DNA of 45,427 nt from Ilumatobacteraceae bacterium (GTDB lineage Bacteria; Actinomycetota; Acidimicrobiia; Acidimicrobiales; Ilumatobacteraceae). The notes under the pieces are model-generated. The model had not been told where the DNA came from. It ran no database searches and saw nothing but the letters and a program-made list of their open reading frames with translations. The DNA lies in contig SKFX01000039.1 of NCBI GenBank assembly GCA_007117775.1, positions 1 to 45,427 of the forward strand, in the 5' to 3' direction. Made by a program: the position numbers and the translations under genes. Below, in pieces: positions 8,377 to 16,887 of this stretch (positions are counted from its first letter, which is position 1; each line of letters opens with the position of its first letter).

Positions 8377-9066
8377 TCAGAGGATCCCGTGGCGGTCGAA
8401 GACATCGCCGAGTGGTTCGCCGGCGGCCAACTCGGCGCGCACGGTGTCCTCGGCGACGGCCTTGGCGCTGACATGGACCGCCACCTCGCCGACGAGATCG
8501 GCCGGGATGCGCACCGCGCCGAGTTCATCGGCGACGATCCAGTCCCCGGACGCGATCTCGATCCCGTCGATCTGGATCGGGTCGCCGAAGGATGCGAACT
8601 CTTGGCGACCGGCCGAGTCCAGCGGCGAGAGCCCCGACGCGAACACCGGCAGGCCGGTTGCCGCGATCCCGCTGCGATCGCGCACCAGGCCGTCGGTGAC
8701 CACACCGCGGATTCCGCGCGCCAGCGCGGCGACGCTGAGCAGTTCACCCCACACCCCCGAGCAACGATCGTCTGTCTGGATCACGAGCACCGCGTCGGCG
8801 CGGTCATCGCGCAGCGCGTCCATCAGCACTCCGTAGGGGCGTTCAGCCGATGCCTCGTCGACACCCAGTGCCCGACAGGTCATGGTGACCGCCGGTCCTG
8901 CGATGGCCGGACCATCGGTGATCGCCGTGATCGAGGGGCCGAGGAAATGGCTGCGGACCCCGAGGGCGTCGAGCGCATCACAGACCAGCGCGGTGCCGGC
9001 GGCGGCCAGGGCGGCCCGGTGCTCGGACCCGTCTGTCCCCGATTGTGTGGCAGCACTTGCAGTCAT
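8377..9066 (-). CDS. RraA-like protein / class II 4-hydroxy-2-oxoacid aldolase family
   Basis: GELLSVAALARGIRGVVTDGLVRD matches the RraA/HMG-CHA aldolase core motif. Start set at MTASAATQ (ATG 9066). The upstream extension to 9321 crosses the promoter region and reads as low-complexity R/P-rich sequence. Confidence 0.75.
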   Translation of the reverse strand: MTASAATQSGTDGSEHRAALAAAGTALVCDALDALGVRSHFLGPSITAITDGPAIAGPAVTMTCRALGVDEASAERPYGVLMDALRDDRADAVLVIQTDDRCSGVWGELLSVAALARGIRGVVTDGLVRDRSGIAATGLPVFASGLSPLDSAGRQEFASFGDPIQIDGIEIASGDWIVADELGAVRIPADLVGEVAVHVSAKAVAEDTVRAELAAGEPLGDVFDRHGIL

Positions 9067-9073
9067 CAGACTC

Positions 9074-9088
9074 AATATTATACGATTC
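9074..9088. promoter_or_regulatory. AT-rich element AATATTATACGATTC between the RraA-like gene and the ABC SBP gene (promoter and possible operator)
   Basis: The minus strand reads GAATCGTATAATATTgagtctgATG. The TAATAT hexamer lies 8 nt from the RraA-like ATG. Confidence 0.5.
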
Positions 9089-9310
9089 TGCTCTTGGGGT
9101 GTCCGCACAGTGCACAACCGCTGAACACGCAATGGAGGTCTTCTCCAGTGCGTCGGTTCGAAGACCGATCGCTCCGGCCGCTCGCGGCCGTGGCGGGTCC
9201 TCGGATCCGGGGTTGTCGTGCGAGGTGGGGTTCCCCGCGAAAGCCATTTGGCAGAGCGTTCCATTTCGGCCGGTGCAGTGCATCGGCCGCCAACAACTCC
9301 GGGGAGATCC

Positions 9311-11059
9311 ATGAGCAACAATGAACACGGTGACCAAGCCTTGAATGAGGCCTCTGATCTGATCAGGGGCTACCAGCGTGGACAGATCAGCCGTCGAGAC
9401 TTCGGCAAGGGCCTGCTCGGCCTCGGCCTCGGTGTCGGCGCCGCATCGGCCATCCTGGCCGCCTGCGGTGGCGATGACTCGTCCGATGTCGCCACCACCC
9501 TCGCACCCGATGGCGGTGGCGATATGGGTGGCGGAATCAAGTCCGGTGGTGTCCTGCGTGAGGGCTACAACCGTGACGTCTCCAGTCATGATCCCATCAC
9601 CACCAACTGGTACGACCCGGCCTACAGCGCCATCTACGAGACGCTGGTGACCGACGACCTCGACGGTAACACCGTGCCGATGTTCGCATCCGCATGGTCG
9701 GTCTCCGATGACGGTATGGAATACCGCTTCGAGATCCCCGAGGGTCGCGTCAGCCATTCCGGTGGCCCGATGGGCGCTGAGCAGGTCGCCGGCCTGTTGC
9801 AGACGGTCATGGACGAGAGCTTCATCGGTGGCGTCTCGACGGTGCCGATGGTCGGCTACTCCGTCGAGGGCAACACCGTCGTCATGAAGATGAAGAACGC
9901 CTGGCTCGGTGCGCTCAACCCGCATAAGACCGGCTACTGGGCGCTCGCCAACATCGACACCTGGCAGGCCGCCGGCGGCCTCGACCCGTCGTCCACCTAT
10001 GGCACCGACTCCGCCGATGGCACCGGTCCGTTCACCCACACCGAGTGGGTGCCCGGCAGCCACACGCTGGTGACCAAGTGGGAGGACTATCCCGGCTCCG
10101 AGGCGCCGATCATCTCCAATCCCGGCCCGGCCTATCTCGACCAGATCCGCTGGACCGTGATCACCGAGGCCGGCCAGCGCGCCACCCAGCTCGAGACCGG
10201 TGAGCTCGACAGCCTGATCGGGCCGGGCTACGCCGACTTGGAGCGTCTGCGCAACAACCCGGATCTGTTCACCATCCAGCACCCGGAATGGTCCGGCTAT
10301 CACCTGGTGATGAACCGCGACTATCCCGAGTTCTTCGGCGATGTCCTGACCCGCCAGGGTCTGTCCCACGCGCTGAATCGCGAGGCGATGGTCAATGCGA
10401 TCCTGTTCGGCAACGGCGACCCGACCTATGGTCCGTTCCCCATCTCTGACCGTCAATACGAGCCACTGGTCGAGGAATTCAACCAGTTCGATGTTGAACT
10501 CGCGAAGTCCAAGCTCGCCGAGGCGGGCTGGGAGGCCGGCGATGACGGCATCTTGGTCCGCGACGGAACCCGTTTCGAGTTCGAGTATGTCGTCGAGGAC
10601 GAGAGCGTCCAGAAGCTCGTGGCCGAAGCCGTGGCCCAGCAGTTCCGCGAGGTCGGTGTGGTCGCGAACCTCCGGGTCGTCGACCGCGCCGTGTGGTTCG
10701 AGGAGGCATCCGGCGAAGGCCGTGATGCGGCCCCGATGTCGCTGTTCTTCTGGCTCTGGCCGGTACCGCTCGACATCCTGGTCATCTTCTCGTCGTCCGA
10801 GACGATCCCGGTGCCGAACTTCTCCCACGTCATCGATGACGATATCGAAGCGGCCATCGCCGACTGGCGCCAGGCCGGAACTCCCGAGGCCGCTCAGGAA
10901 GCCTCGTCGGCGTTCCAGTTGGCGTGGGCGGAGAACCTGCCCTACCTGCCCCTGATGAACCAGTACGCCACCTTCGTGGCGCACAATTACGTCAAGGGGT
11001 GGCAGCCGTTCGTCTGGAATCTGTACCCGCTGTACAACGACGTCTGGCTGGACAAGTAA
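9311..11059 (+). CDS. ABC transporter substrate-binding lipoprotein, family 5 (peptide/nickel/opine type), Tat-exported
   Basis: Twin-arginine motif SRRDFGKG followed by lipobox LAAC. Length and sequence character fit DppA/OppA-type proteins. GGGGAGA RBS before ATG 9311. Confidence 0.85.
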   Translation: MSNNEHGDQALNEASDLIRGYQRGQISRRDFGKGLLGLGLGVGAASAILAACGGDDSSDVATTLAPDGGGDMGGGIKSGGVLREGYNRDVSSHDPITTNWYDPAYSAIYETLVTDDLDGNTVPMFASAWSVSDDGMEYRFEIPEGRVSHSGGPMGAEQVAGLLQTVMDESFIGGVSTVPMVGYSVEGNTVVMKMKNAWLGALNPHKTGYWALANIDTWQAAGGLDPSSTYGTDSADGTGPFTHTEWVPGSHTLVTKWEDYPGSEAPIISNPGPAYLDQIRWTVITEAGQRATQLETGELDSLIGPGYADLERLRNNPDLFTIQHPEWSGYHLVMNRDYPEFFGDVLTRQGLSHALNREAMVNAILFGNGDPTYGPFPISDRQYEPLVEEFNQFDVELAKSKLAEAGWEAGDDGILVRDGTRFEFEYVVEDESVQKLVAEAVAQQFREVGVVANLRVVDRAVWFEEASGEGRDAAPMSLFFWLWPVPLDILVIFSSSETIPVPNFSHVIDDDIEAAIADWRQAGTPEAAQEASSAFQLAWAENLPYLPLMNQYATFVAHNYVKGWQPFVWNLYPLYNDVWLDK

Positions 11060-11126
11060 TCAAGCAGACCCGCTGGGGTGTCGGGCCATGTGCCCGGCGC
11101 CCCAGCCGGCTCGCTCCATCGGGGAG

Positions 11127-11162
11127 CTGCGATCGTCGGTGCCGATGCGTCGGCGATCGCAG
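11127..11162 (+). other. Long imperfect stem-loop in the SBP-permease intercistronic region
   Basis: CTGCGATCG (11127-11135) pairs with CGATCGCAG (11154-11162). The stem extends inward with G-C and G-U pairs. It lies 68 nt after the SBP stop codon. Confidence 0.5.
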
Positions 11163-11176
11163 TGCCCACCCTCATC

Positions 11177-11201
11177 GGCCGGGCCGGGCCGGGCCGGGCC
11201 G
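11177..11201. repeat. Pentanucleotide microsatellite (GGCCG)x5
   Basis: Counted directly from ctcatc-GGCCGGGCCGGGCCGGGCCGGGCCG-tgaacc. It is followed by the near-repeat GTGAACC/ATGAACC. Confidence 0.9.
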
Positions 11202-11335
11202 TGAACCATGAACCGTGCACCTCGAGTCTTTGTGTTGGATGATCGATTGACTTCTGCCGCCCCCCACCCACCGCGGTCGGGCGCGATCGCCCCGAGCGGT
11301 CGACCACCCGGTGGCCGTATTGACAGACTGGTCTC

Positions 11336-12187
11336 ATGAGCGGATTCCGTCGAGCTCGAAAGAACAAACAGCTCATGGCCGGTGCAGCGGTCGGCGCCTT
11401 CGTCGTCCTGCTCGGGATCTTCGGGCCGATGATCTTCGGTGATTACGCCGCCCAGGACCTCTTCAACGGTCATAAGCCCGTGGGCACCCCGGGCCACTTC
11501 TTCGGCACCGATGCCCTCGGCCGCGACCTCGCGGCGCGTGCCACCTACGGGATCCGGATCAGTCTGTTGGTGGCCATCGCCGTCACCGCTCTGGCAGTGG
11601 TCTTCGGTACGGCGATCGGCATGATCGCCGGGTACGTCAAGGGGACCCTCGACGGCTTCATCAGCTTCCTGATCGACTTCATCTGGGGATTCCCGCTCAT
11701 CTTGGTGGCGGTGTTGGCCGCCGCCAGTATCGGATCGGGTCTGCTGCCGGTGATCCTGGCCGTGGCATTCGTCAACACCGTCGCCATCGCGCGTGTCGTC
11801 CGTGGCGAGGTGCTGGCGATCTCGGAGAAGGATTTCGTCGTCGCAGCGCGCGCCGGGGGGTATTCGACCCTGAGGATCATCTCGCGCCATATTGCGCCCA
11901 ATGTGATCCCGGTGGCGTTGGTGCTGTCGTCGTACTACGTGGCTGTCGCGATCATCGCCGAGGCGGCACTGTCCTTCGTCGGCCTCGGCGCTCAACCGCC
12001 GCTGCCGAGCCTCGGCCAGATGGTCTCCGACGGTCGCAACTACATGCGGATCAACGTCTGGGAGTCGACGATCCCGGGCATCATCATCTTCTTGATGGTG
12101 CTCAGCGTCAGCCTGATCGGTGACGGGCTGCGCGATCTGCTCGATCCGCGGTTGCGGACCGCAGTGGAAAGGACGAGCGCCAAATGA
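11336..12187 (+). CDS. ABC transporter permease (DppC/OppC type)
   Basis: FGTDALGRD motif and multiple hydrophobic spans. Overlaps the next permease gene by 4 nt. Confidence 0.85.
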   Translation: MSGFRRARKNKQLMAGAAVGAFVVLLGIFGPMIFGDYAAQDLFNGHKPVGTPGHFFGTDALGRDLAARATYGIRISLLVAIAVTALAVVFGTAIGMIAGYVKGTLDGFISFLIDFIWGFPLILVAVLAAASIGSGLLPVILAVAFVNTVAIARVVRGEVLAISEKDFVVAARAGGYSTLRIISRHIAPNVIPVALVLSSYYVAVAIIAEAALSFVGLGAQPPLPSLGQMVSDGRNYMRINVWESTIPGIIIFLMVLSVSLIGDGLRDLLDPRLRTAVERTSAK

Positions 12188-13098
12188 CCGCCATTCTCAA
12201 ACGTGTCGCACTCACCCTGGTGCTGTTGTTCGCGTCATCATTCGCGGTTTTCGCCGCGATCCGTCTGTCAGGTGGTGATGTCACCGCAGCACGCCTGCCG
12301 GCCTCAGCGACGGCAGCGGACCGTGAGCTGTTCCTGCAACAGGTCGGCCTCGACCAGCCGATCGTGCGCCAGTACTTCACCTATCTGGGCAATATGTTCC
12401 GCGGCGATCTCGGGAACTCGCTGACCAATAACGCCAGCATCTCGGCATTGGCCGTCGACAAGATGCGCAACAGCCTGATCCTCGGTGCCGCCGCGCTGGT
12501 GCTGGTCTTCGCGATCGGGATCCCATTGGGCCTCGTGGCCGCGCTCCGCCGCAACTCGTGGGTCGATACCGGGATCACGTCGTTCTCGGTGGCCGGCATG
12601 GCGATCCCCAACTTCTGGCTGGCATTGATCCTCATCTACATCTTCGCGATCCAGTTCCAGGTGCTGCCCGCCGCCGGCCAGGGAGGTTGGAGATATCTCG
12701 TGCTGCCCTCGGTGGTGCTGGCCGCCGAGGGGGTCGCATTGACGGTCCGCATGACGCGCTCAGCGGTCCTCGACACCCTGGGCAACGATTTCGTGAGAAC
12801 GCTGCGGGCCGCCGGTCTGAGCAATCGCCGGATCTATCTCAAACATGTGCTGCGCAACTCGTTGCTGCCGATCGTGTCGCTCGCCGGTCTGCGTGTCGGC
12901 CAGATCGTCGGGTACGCCCTGGTCGTCGAGGTGATCTTCGGATGGCCCGGTGTCGGCCAGACCCTGGTGAACGCGGTGCTGCGCCGCGATTATCCCGTCG
13001 TGCAGTTCTTCGCGTTGGTCCTGGTGGTCGTGGTGACACTCGGGAACCTCGCAGCGAGCATCGGCTACACCCTGGTGAATCCCCGTCTGCGGAAGTGA
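12184..13098 (+). CDS. ABC transporter permease (DppB/OppB type)
   Basis: N-terminal MTAILKRVALTLVLLF... topology is typical of DppB/OppB, with six hydrophobic spans. Confidence 0.85.
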   Translation: MTAILKRVALTLVLLFASSFAVFAAIRLSGGDVTAARLPASATAADRELFLQQVGLDQPIVRQYFTYLGNMFRGDLGNSLTNNASISALAVDKMRNSLILGAAALVLVFAIGIPLGLVAALRRNSWVDTGITSFSVAGMAIPNFWLALILIYIFAIQFQVLPAAGQGGWRYLVLPSVVLAAEGVALTVRMTRSAVLDTLGNDFVRTLRAAGLSNRRIYLKHVLRNSLLPIVSLAGLRVGQIVGYALVVEVIFGWPGVGQTLVNAVLRRDYPVVQFFALVLVVVVTLGNLAASIGYTLVNPRLRK

Positions 13099-13107
13099 GT
13101 TGCGGTC

Positions 13108-14148
13108 ATGTCCAGCGATACCGATCCCATCGTCGATCCCGGGACATCGGGCACCACCCCGGTCGAGCACGCGACCGATGCGCGCACGCCGCTGCTCGAG
13201 ATCGATGATCTGCGCGTCGGTGTCAAGGGAGACAACGTCGCCTATGACATCGTGCGCGGGGTGTCGCTGTCGCTGTACGACAACGAGATCCTCGCAGTGG
13301 TCGGCGAGAGCGGCTGTGGCAAGTCCTTGACCGCACTGTCGGTGCTGGCATTGCACCAGAGCCCGCCGTTGCACATCACCGGTGGTGCGATCCGTTACCG
13401 CGGTGTCGATCTGACGACGCTGTCGGCTGCAGAGATGCGGGCGTTGCGCGGTGCGGAGATCTCGATGATCTTCCAGGATCCGATGAGCGCACTCGATCCG
13501 ATGTTCACCGTCGGCTCATTGTTGACCTCGGCGGTCCGCGCCCATCGCAAGGCCTCCAAGGCTGAGGCCCGCAACGCCGCGCTCGAGGCGCTCGCCGATG
13601 CCGGGATCGAAGACCCGCGCCGGCGCTTCGATGAGTATCCGTTCCAACTCTCCGGCGGGGTCTCACAGCGCGTCATGATCGCCCTGGCTCTGGTCAACGA
13701 CCCGAGCGTCATCATCGCGGATGAGCCCACCACCGCGCTCGACGTCACCGTGCAGGCCCAGATCCTCGAGCGTCTCAGGATGCTCAAAGAGGAGCGCAAG
13801 ATGGGCATCATGCTCATCACCCACAACCTCGGTGTGGTGGCTGCGGTGGCGGACCGCACCGCGGTGATGTATCTCGGTGAGGTGGTGGAGACCGGTTCGG
13901 CTCAAGACGTGCTGGCCGTACCGCATCATCCGTACACCAATGGACTGCTCGCAGCGGTCCCGCGACTCAACTCGAAGGTCGCAGACCTCAAGCCGGTGAT
14001 GGGTCGGGTCCCCCAACCCCAGGAGATCACCGCCGGCTGTGCCTTCAGAGATCGCTGCGAGCGCGCCCTCGATCGGTGCGCGACCGAACATCCGGTGTTG
14101 GCCCCCCGGCACCGCACCTCCGTCCGATGCCACAACCCGGTGGACTGA
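13108..14148 (+). CDS. ABC transporter ATP-binding protein (DppD/OppD type)
   Basis: Walker A GESGCGKS, signature LSGGVSQR, Walker B IIADEPTTALD, and a C-terminal oligopeptide-type extension containing Cys residues. Confidence 0.9.
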   Translation: MSSDTDPIVDPGTSGTTPVEHATDARTPLLEIDDLRVGVKGDNVAYDIVRGVSLSLYDNEILAVVGESGCGKSLTALSVLALHQSPPLHITGGAIRYRGVDLTTLSAAEMRALRGAEISMIFQDPMSALDPMFTVGSLLTSAVRAHRKASKAEARNAALEALADAGIEDPRRRFDEYPFQLSGGVSQRVMIALALVNDPSVIIADEPTTALDVTVQAQILERLRMLKEERKMGIMLITHNLGVVAAVADRTAVMYLGEVVETGSAQDVLAVPHHPYTNGLLAAVPRLNSKVADLKPVMGRVPQPQEITAGCAFRDRCERALDRCATEHPVLAPRHRTSVRCHNPVD

Positions 14149-14151
14149 GCG

Positions 14152-14796
14152 ATGTCGGTACGCGCACCATTCGAGATCGAACTCGATGACGGCTCCGCGT
14201 TACGCGGTGTCGTCATCGAGGGCGGTGCCATGCCACCGATGCTCCTGGTCCATGATCGCGATGGCGATCTCGACGAGTTCGCTCAGGTGCCCGAGTTGTT
14301 GGCAGCCAACGGTGGGACCGTCATCGCCGTGGATCTCCCCGGCCACGGCCTCTCCGACGGTGAGGGTCGCCCGGCAGAGATCGTCGGTGTCATTGCGTCG
14401 TTGGCCGCAGCCCTCAGCGATGATGGCCGACCCGTCGGCCTGATGGCATCGGGGCGCTCGTGCACGCTCGGGATGATCCTCGGCGAGGCGCACGGCTTCC
14501 GGGTGCAGGTCCTGATCAATCCGATCCTCGATGAGGAGATCCTCGCCTGCGGGACACGCGAGTACTGCCAGCGCATGGTGCTCCACTCCGAGGGCGAACA
14601 GTTGGTCGGGACCGCGACCAAAACCTTCTATTCGCCGCTCATCGGCGAGAAGTTGCTCTTGCACTCGGCGTTGGTCGCCGATGGCCCGACCTCGATCGTC
14701 GACCATTCCGTCATCGCCGATCAGGTCGAGTTGTTCTTGAATCGCTATCTGTTCTCATCCAAGTCCGTGGAGGTGCGCAATGGCGATGGTGGTTGA
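14152..14796 (+). CDS. Short alpha/beta-hydrolase-fold protein (214 aa) with an atypical nucleophile elbow
   Basis: LLVHDRDGDLDEF...AVDLPGHGLSDG is typical of alpha/beta hydrolases. The elbow reads GRSCT rather than GxSxG. C-terminal DHSV...FL resembles the catalytic His region. Confidence 0.5.
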   Translation: MSVRAPFEIELDDGSALRGVVIEGGAMPPMLLVHDRDGDLDEFAQVPELLAANGGTVIAVDLPGHGLSDGEGRPAEIVGVIASLAAALSDDGRPVGLMASGRSCTLGMILGEAHGFRVQVLINPILDEEILACGTREYCQRMVLHSEGEQLVGTATKTFYSPLIGEKLLLHSALVADGPTSIVDHSVIADQVELFLNRYLFSSKSVEVRNGDGG

Positions 14797-15655
14797 CGGT
14801 CATCTGCATCTGTTCCAGTCCGCCACACCGCAGTACCCGCGCGCTGTCTATGAGACCATGGCCGAGGCTGATCGCGCCGAGTTGGTCGAGACACTGATCG
14901 CTGCGATGGACACCGCCGGGGTCGACCATGCGGTGGTGGTGCCGTTATCCAAGCAGGACCGGTACCTCGCCGAGGTGCTCGCCGCCCATCCGGGCCGGTT
15001 CGCCGGGATCGGCATCTTCGACCATGACGACCCCGATGATGTGATGGCGGTGCGCGACCGCGTCGAGCAGTCCGGACTGCAGGGGCTGCGTTTCTACGGA
15101 CTCGGTGCTGATGCGTCGACCACACTCGAGACCCTCGCGTGTGCGCCGGTGCTCGACTACATGGCCGATACCGGTCTGGTGGTCTGGTTCTACGGCGAAC
15201 CGGTGCAACTGGCGTTGCTCGATCAGTTCATGGAGCGCCGGCCGGATCTGGTGGTGGTGCTCAACCACTGTGGGTTCCTGCCCGACCTGCACGCCGAGAT
15301 GCGCATCGACGAGTTCCGTCGACCGCGTTTCGATGTCGAACTGCCACCGTCGGGACTCGAACTCGTCGAGGACCTCGCGGCGCGCCATGAGCAGCTCAAC
15401 GTCCACCTCTCGGGCTACTACGCGTTCAGTCGCGAAGGCTTCCCGTATCGCGACCTGACCGAGGTGGTGGAGCGACTGCATCGGGCATTCGGCGCCGATC
15501 GCATGCTGATGGCATCGGATTGGCCGTGGATCCGCGAGGAGCCCGGCTACGCCGAGGTGCTCTCGGTCTTCGAATATCTCTTGCCCGGACTCAGCGAGGA
15601 CGAACGGGCCGCCATCCGCGGCGGCACGGCGTCACGGTTGCTGCGCTTCGGCTGA
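14780..15655 (+). CDS. Amidohydrolase-2 family protein (lactonase/decarboxylase-type TIM-barrel hydrolase)
   Basis: VDGHLHLF, LNHCGF and MASDWPW motifs, as in the LigI / L-fuconolactonase / ACMSD family. GGAGG RBS. Overlaps the previous gene by 17 nt. Confidence 0.75.
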   Translation: MAMVVDGHLHLFQSATPQYPRAVYETMAEADRAELVETLIAAMDTAGVDHAVVVPLSKQDRYLAEVLAAHPGRFAGIGIFDHDDPDDVMAVRDRVEQSGLQGLRFYGLGADASTTLETLACAPVLDYMADTGLVVWFYGEPVQLALLDQFMERRPDLVVVLNHCGFLPDLHAEMRIDEFRRPRFDVELPPSGLELVEDLAARHEQLNVHLSGYYAFSREGFPYRDLTEVVERLHRAFGADRMLMASDWPWIREEPGYAEVLSVFEYLLPGLSEDERAAIRGGTASRLLRFG

Positions 15656-15723
15656 TGCGCTGGCCCTGAGCGGCGCGCACAGCACGCTTCGACTCCACAC
15701 CCTTCGACTCAGGAGACGGCGAC

Positions 15724-16884
15724 TCAGGACGCTGCGGACCACTCGCCCACGGCGGTGGCGAGACGTTCGAGGCCGGTGGTCAACTCGTGGGTCGCAGAGG
15801 CGAGCGACACCCGCACCACATTGCCCGAGCGTTCACCGAATGCCGAACCTGGAACCACCGCAACGCGGTGGTCGCGGATCAGGCGCGAGCAGAACTCGAC
15901 ATCGGTCAGTCCGGCGGTGCTGATGTCGACCATCAGATAGAACGCACCCGTCGGGCGTGAATAGGCGATCTGGTGTCGGTCGAGCACAGCGGTCGCCGCC
16001 AGAGCATTCGCCCGGTACTCGGCGCGCATCTCGGCCACGCACTGCTGGTCGCCGGTGACCGCCGCGATGGCGGCGCGCTGGGCGATGGAGTTCACACATG
16101 AGTTCGTCGGCTCCTGGGCGCGCAGGATATGGCTGACGATGTCACTCGTCCCGACCAGATAGCCGACCCGCCAACCGGTCATCGAGTAGGTCTTGGAGAA
16201 ACTGAAGACGCTGATCACCCGGCCGTCGGGATCGAGCGGCTGGGCCGAGACCGGCGGTGATTCGAACCAGATCTCGTCGTAGACCTCATCGGAGATCACC
16301 CACAGATCATGGCGTCGTGCCACGTCGAGGATCTCGCGCATGCGCTCGGCGTCGATGATCGCACCGGTCGGGTTGCCCGGCGAGTTGATGATGAGCACCT
16401 TGGTGCGCTCGGTGATCGCGGCCTCGATATCGGCGGCGGTCGGGACCATGGCCTCGTCGAGATGCAGCGGGTAGTACCGCGCGGTGGCACCCAGCAGGCG
16501 GATCATCTGCACGTAGTTGGGCCAGCTCGGATCGGCGATGAGCACCTCATCGCCGGGGTTCACCAGGGCACCGAGTGTGGTGAACACCGAGGCGACCGCC
16601 CCATTGGTGACGATGATGTCATCGGCGTTGGCAGTGATGTGGTTGGTCGTCGCCAACTTGTGCACCAGCGCCTCGCGCAGCTCTGCGATACCGGCATTCG
16701 GCGTGTACTTGGTGAAGTCGTCCGCGAGCGCCTGGCGGGCGGCCTGCTTGATGTGCTCGGGGGTCGCGAAACTGGGTTCGCCGACCTCGAGGCGGATGCA
16801 GTCCGGATAGGCACTCGCCTCGTCGAAGACCCGCCGGATACCCGAGCGCGGGACGGTGACGATCGTGGCAGAAGGAGCGTGCAT
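15724..16884 (-). CDS. PLP-dependent aminotransferase, class I/II
   Basis: SFSKTYSMTGWRVGY (PLP-Lys motif) and NPGNPTG-like INSPGNPTG. Lies 3 nt downstream of the ATPase gene. Confidence 0.85.
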   Translation of the reverse strand: MHAPSATIVTVPRSGIRRVFDEASAYPDCIRLEVGEPSFATPEHIKQAARQALADDFTKYTPNAGIAELREALVHKLATTNHITANADDIIVTNGAVASVFTTLGALVNPGDEVLIADPSWPNYVQMIRLLGATARYYPLHLDEAMVPTAADIEAAITERTKVLIINSPGNPTGAIIDAERMREILDVARRHDLWVISDEVYDEIWFESPPVSAQPLDPDGRVISVFSFSKTYSMTGWRVGYLVGTSDIVSHILRAQEPTNSCVNSIAQRAAIAAVTGDQQCVAEMRAEYRANALAATAVLDRHQIAYSRPTGAFYLMVDISTAGLTDVEFCSRLIRDHRVAVVPGSAFGERSGNVVRVSLASATHELTTGLERLATAVGEWSAAS

Positions 16885-16887
16885 GGA

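Noticed and set aside
9089-9310. A known riboswitch or T-box in the long SBP leader
   Set aside because: I could not match the sequence to any riboswitch consensus I know. GC-rich hairpins alone are not evidence. It is kept only as a low-interest finding pending an Rfam scan.
8978-10984. A 668-aa minus-strand ORF antisense to the ABC substrate-binding protein gene
   Set aside because: It has no recognisable motifs and a G/R/D/H-rich composition, whereas the plus-strand frame has a Tat signal, a lipobox and family-5 SBP character. This is an antisense artefact.
11177-11201. Considered whether the short repeats (GGCCG x5, the 13-bp repeat at 31444, the 14-bp repeat at 18645) could be CRISPR-like or mobile-element termini
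   Set aside because: There are no spacer-separated repeats 24-40 bp long, no cas genes, no transposase or integrase genes and no flanking inverted terminal repeats. They are simple tandem or direct repeats.
15656-15723. Possible terminator between the convergent amidohydrolase and aminotransferase genes. The short convergent gaps at 3723-3736, 35217-35225 and 40661-40666 were also considered.
   Set aside because: Only 4-bp stems or short direct repeats (CGACTCAGGA x2) are visible. This is too weak to call a terminator.
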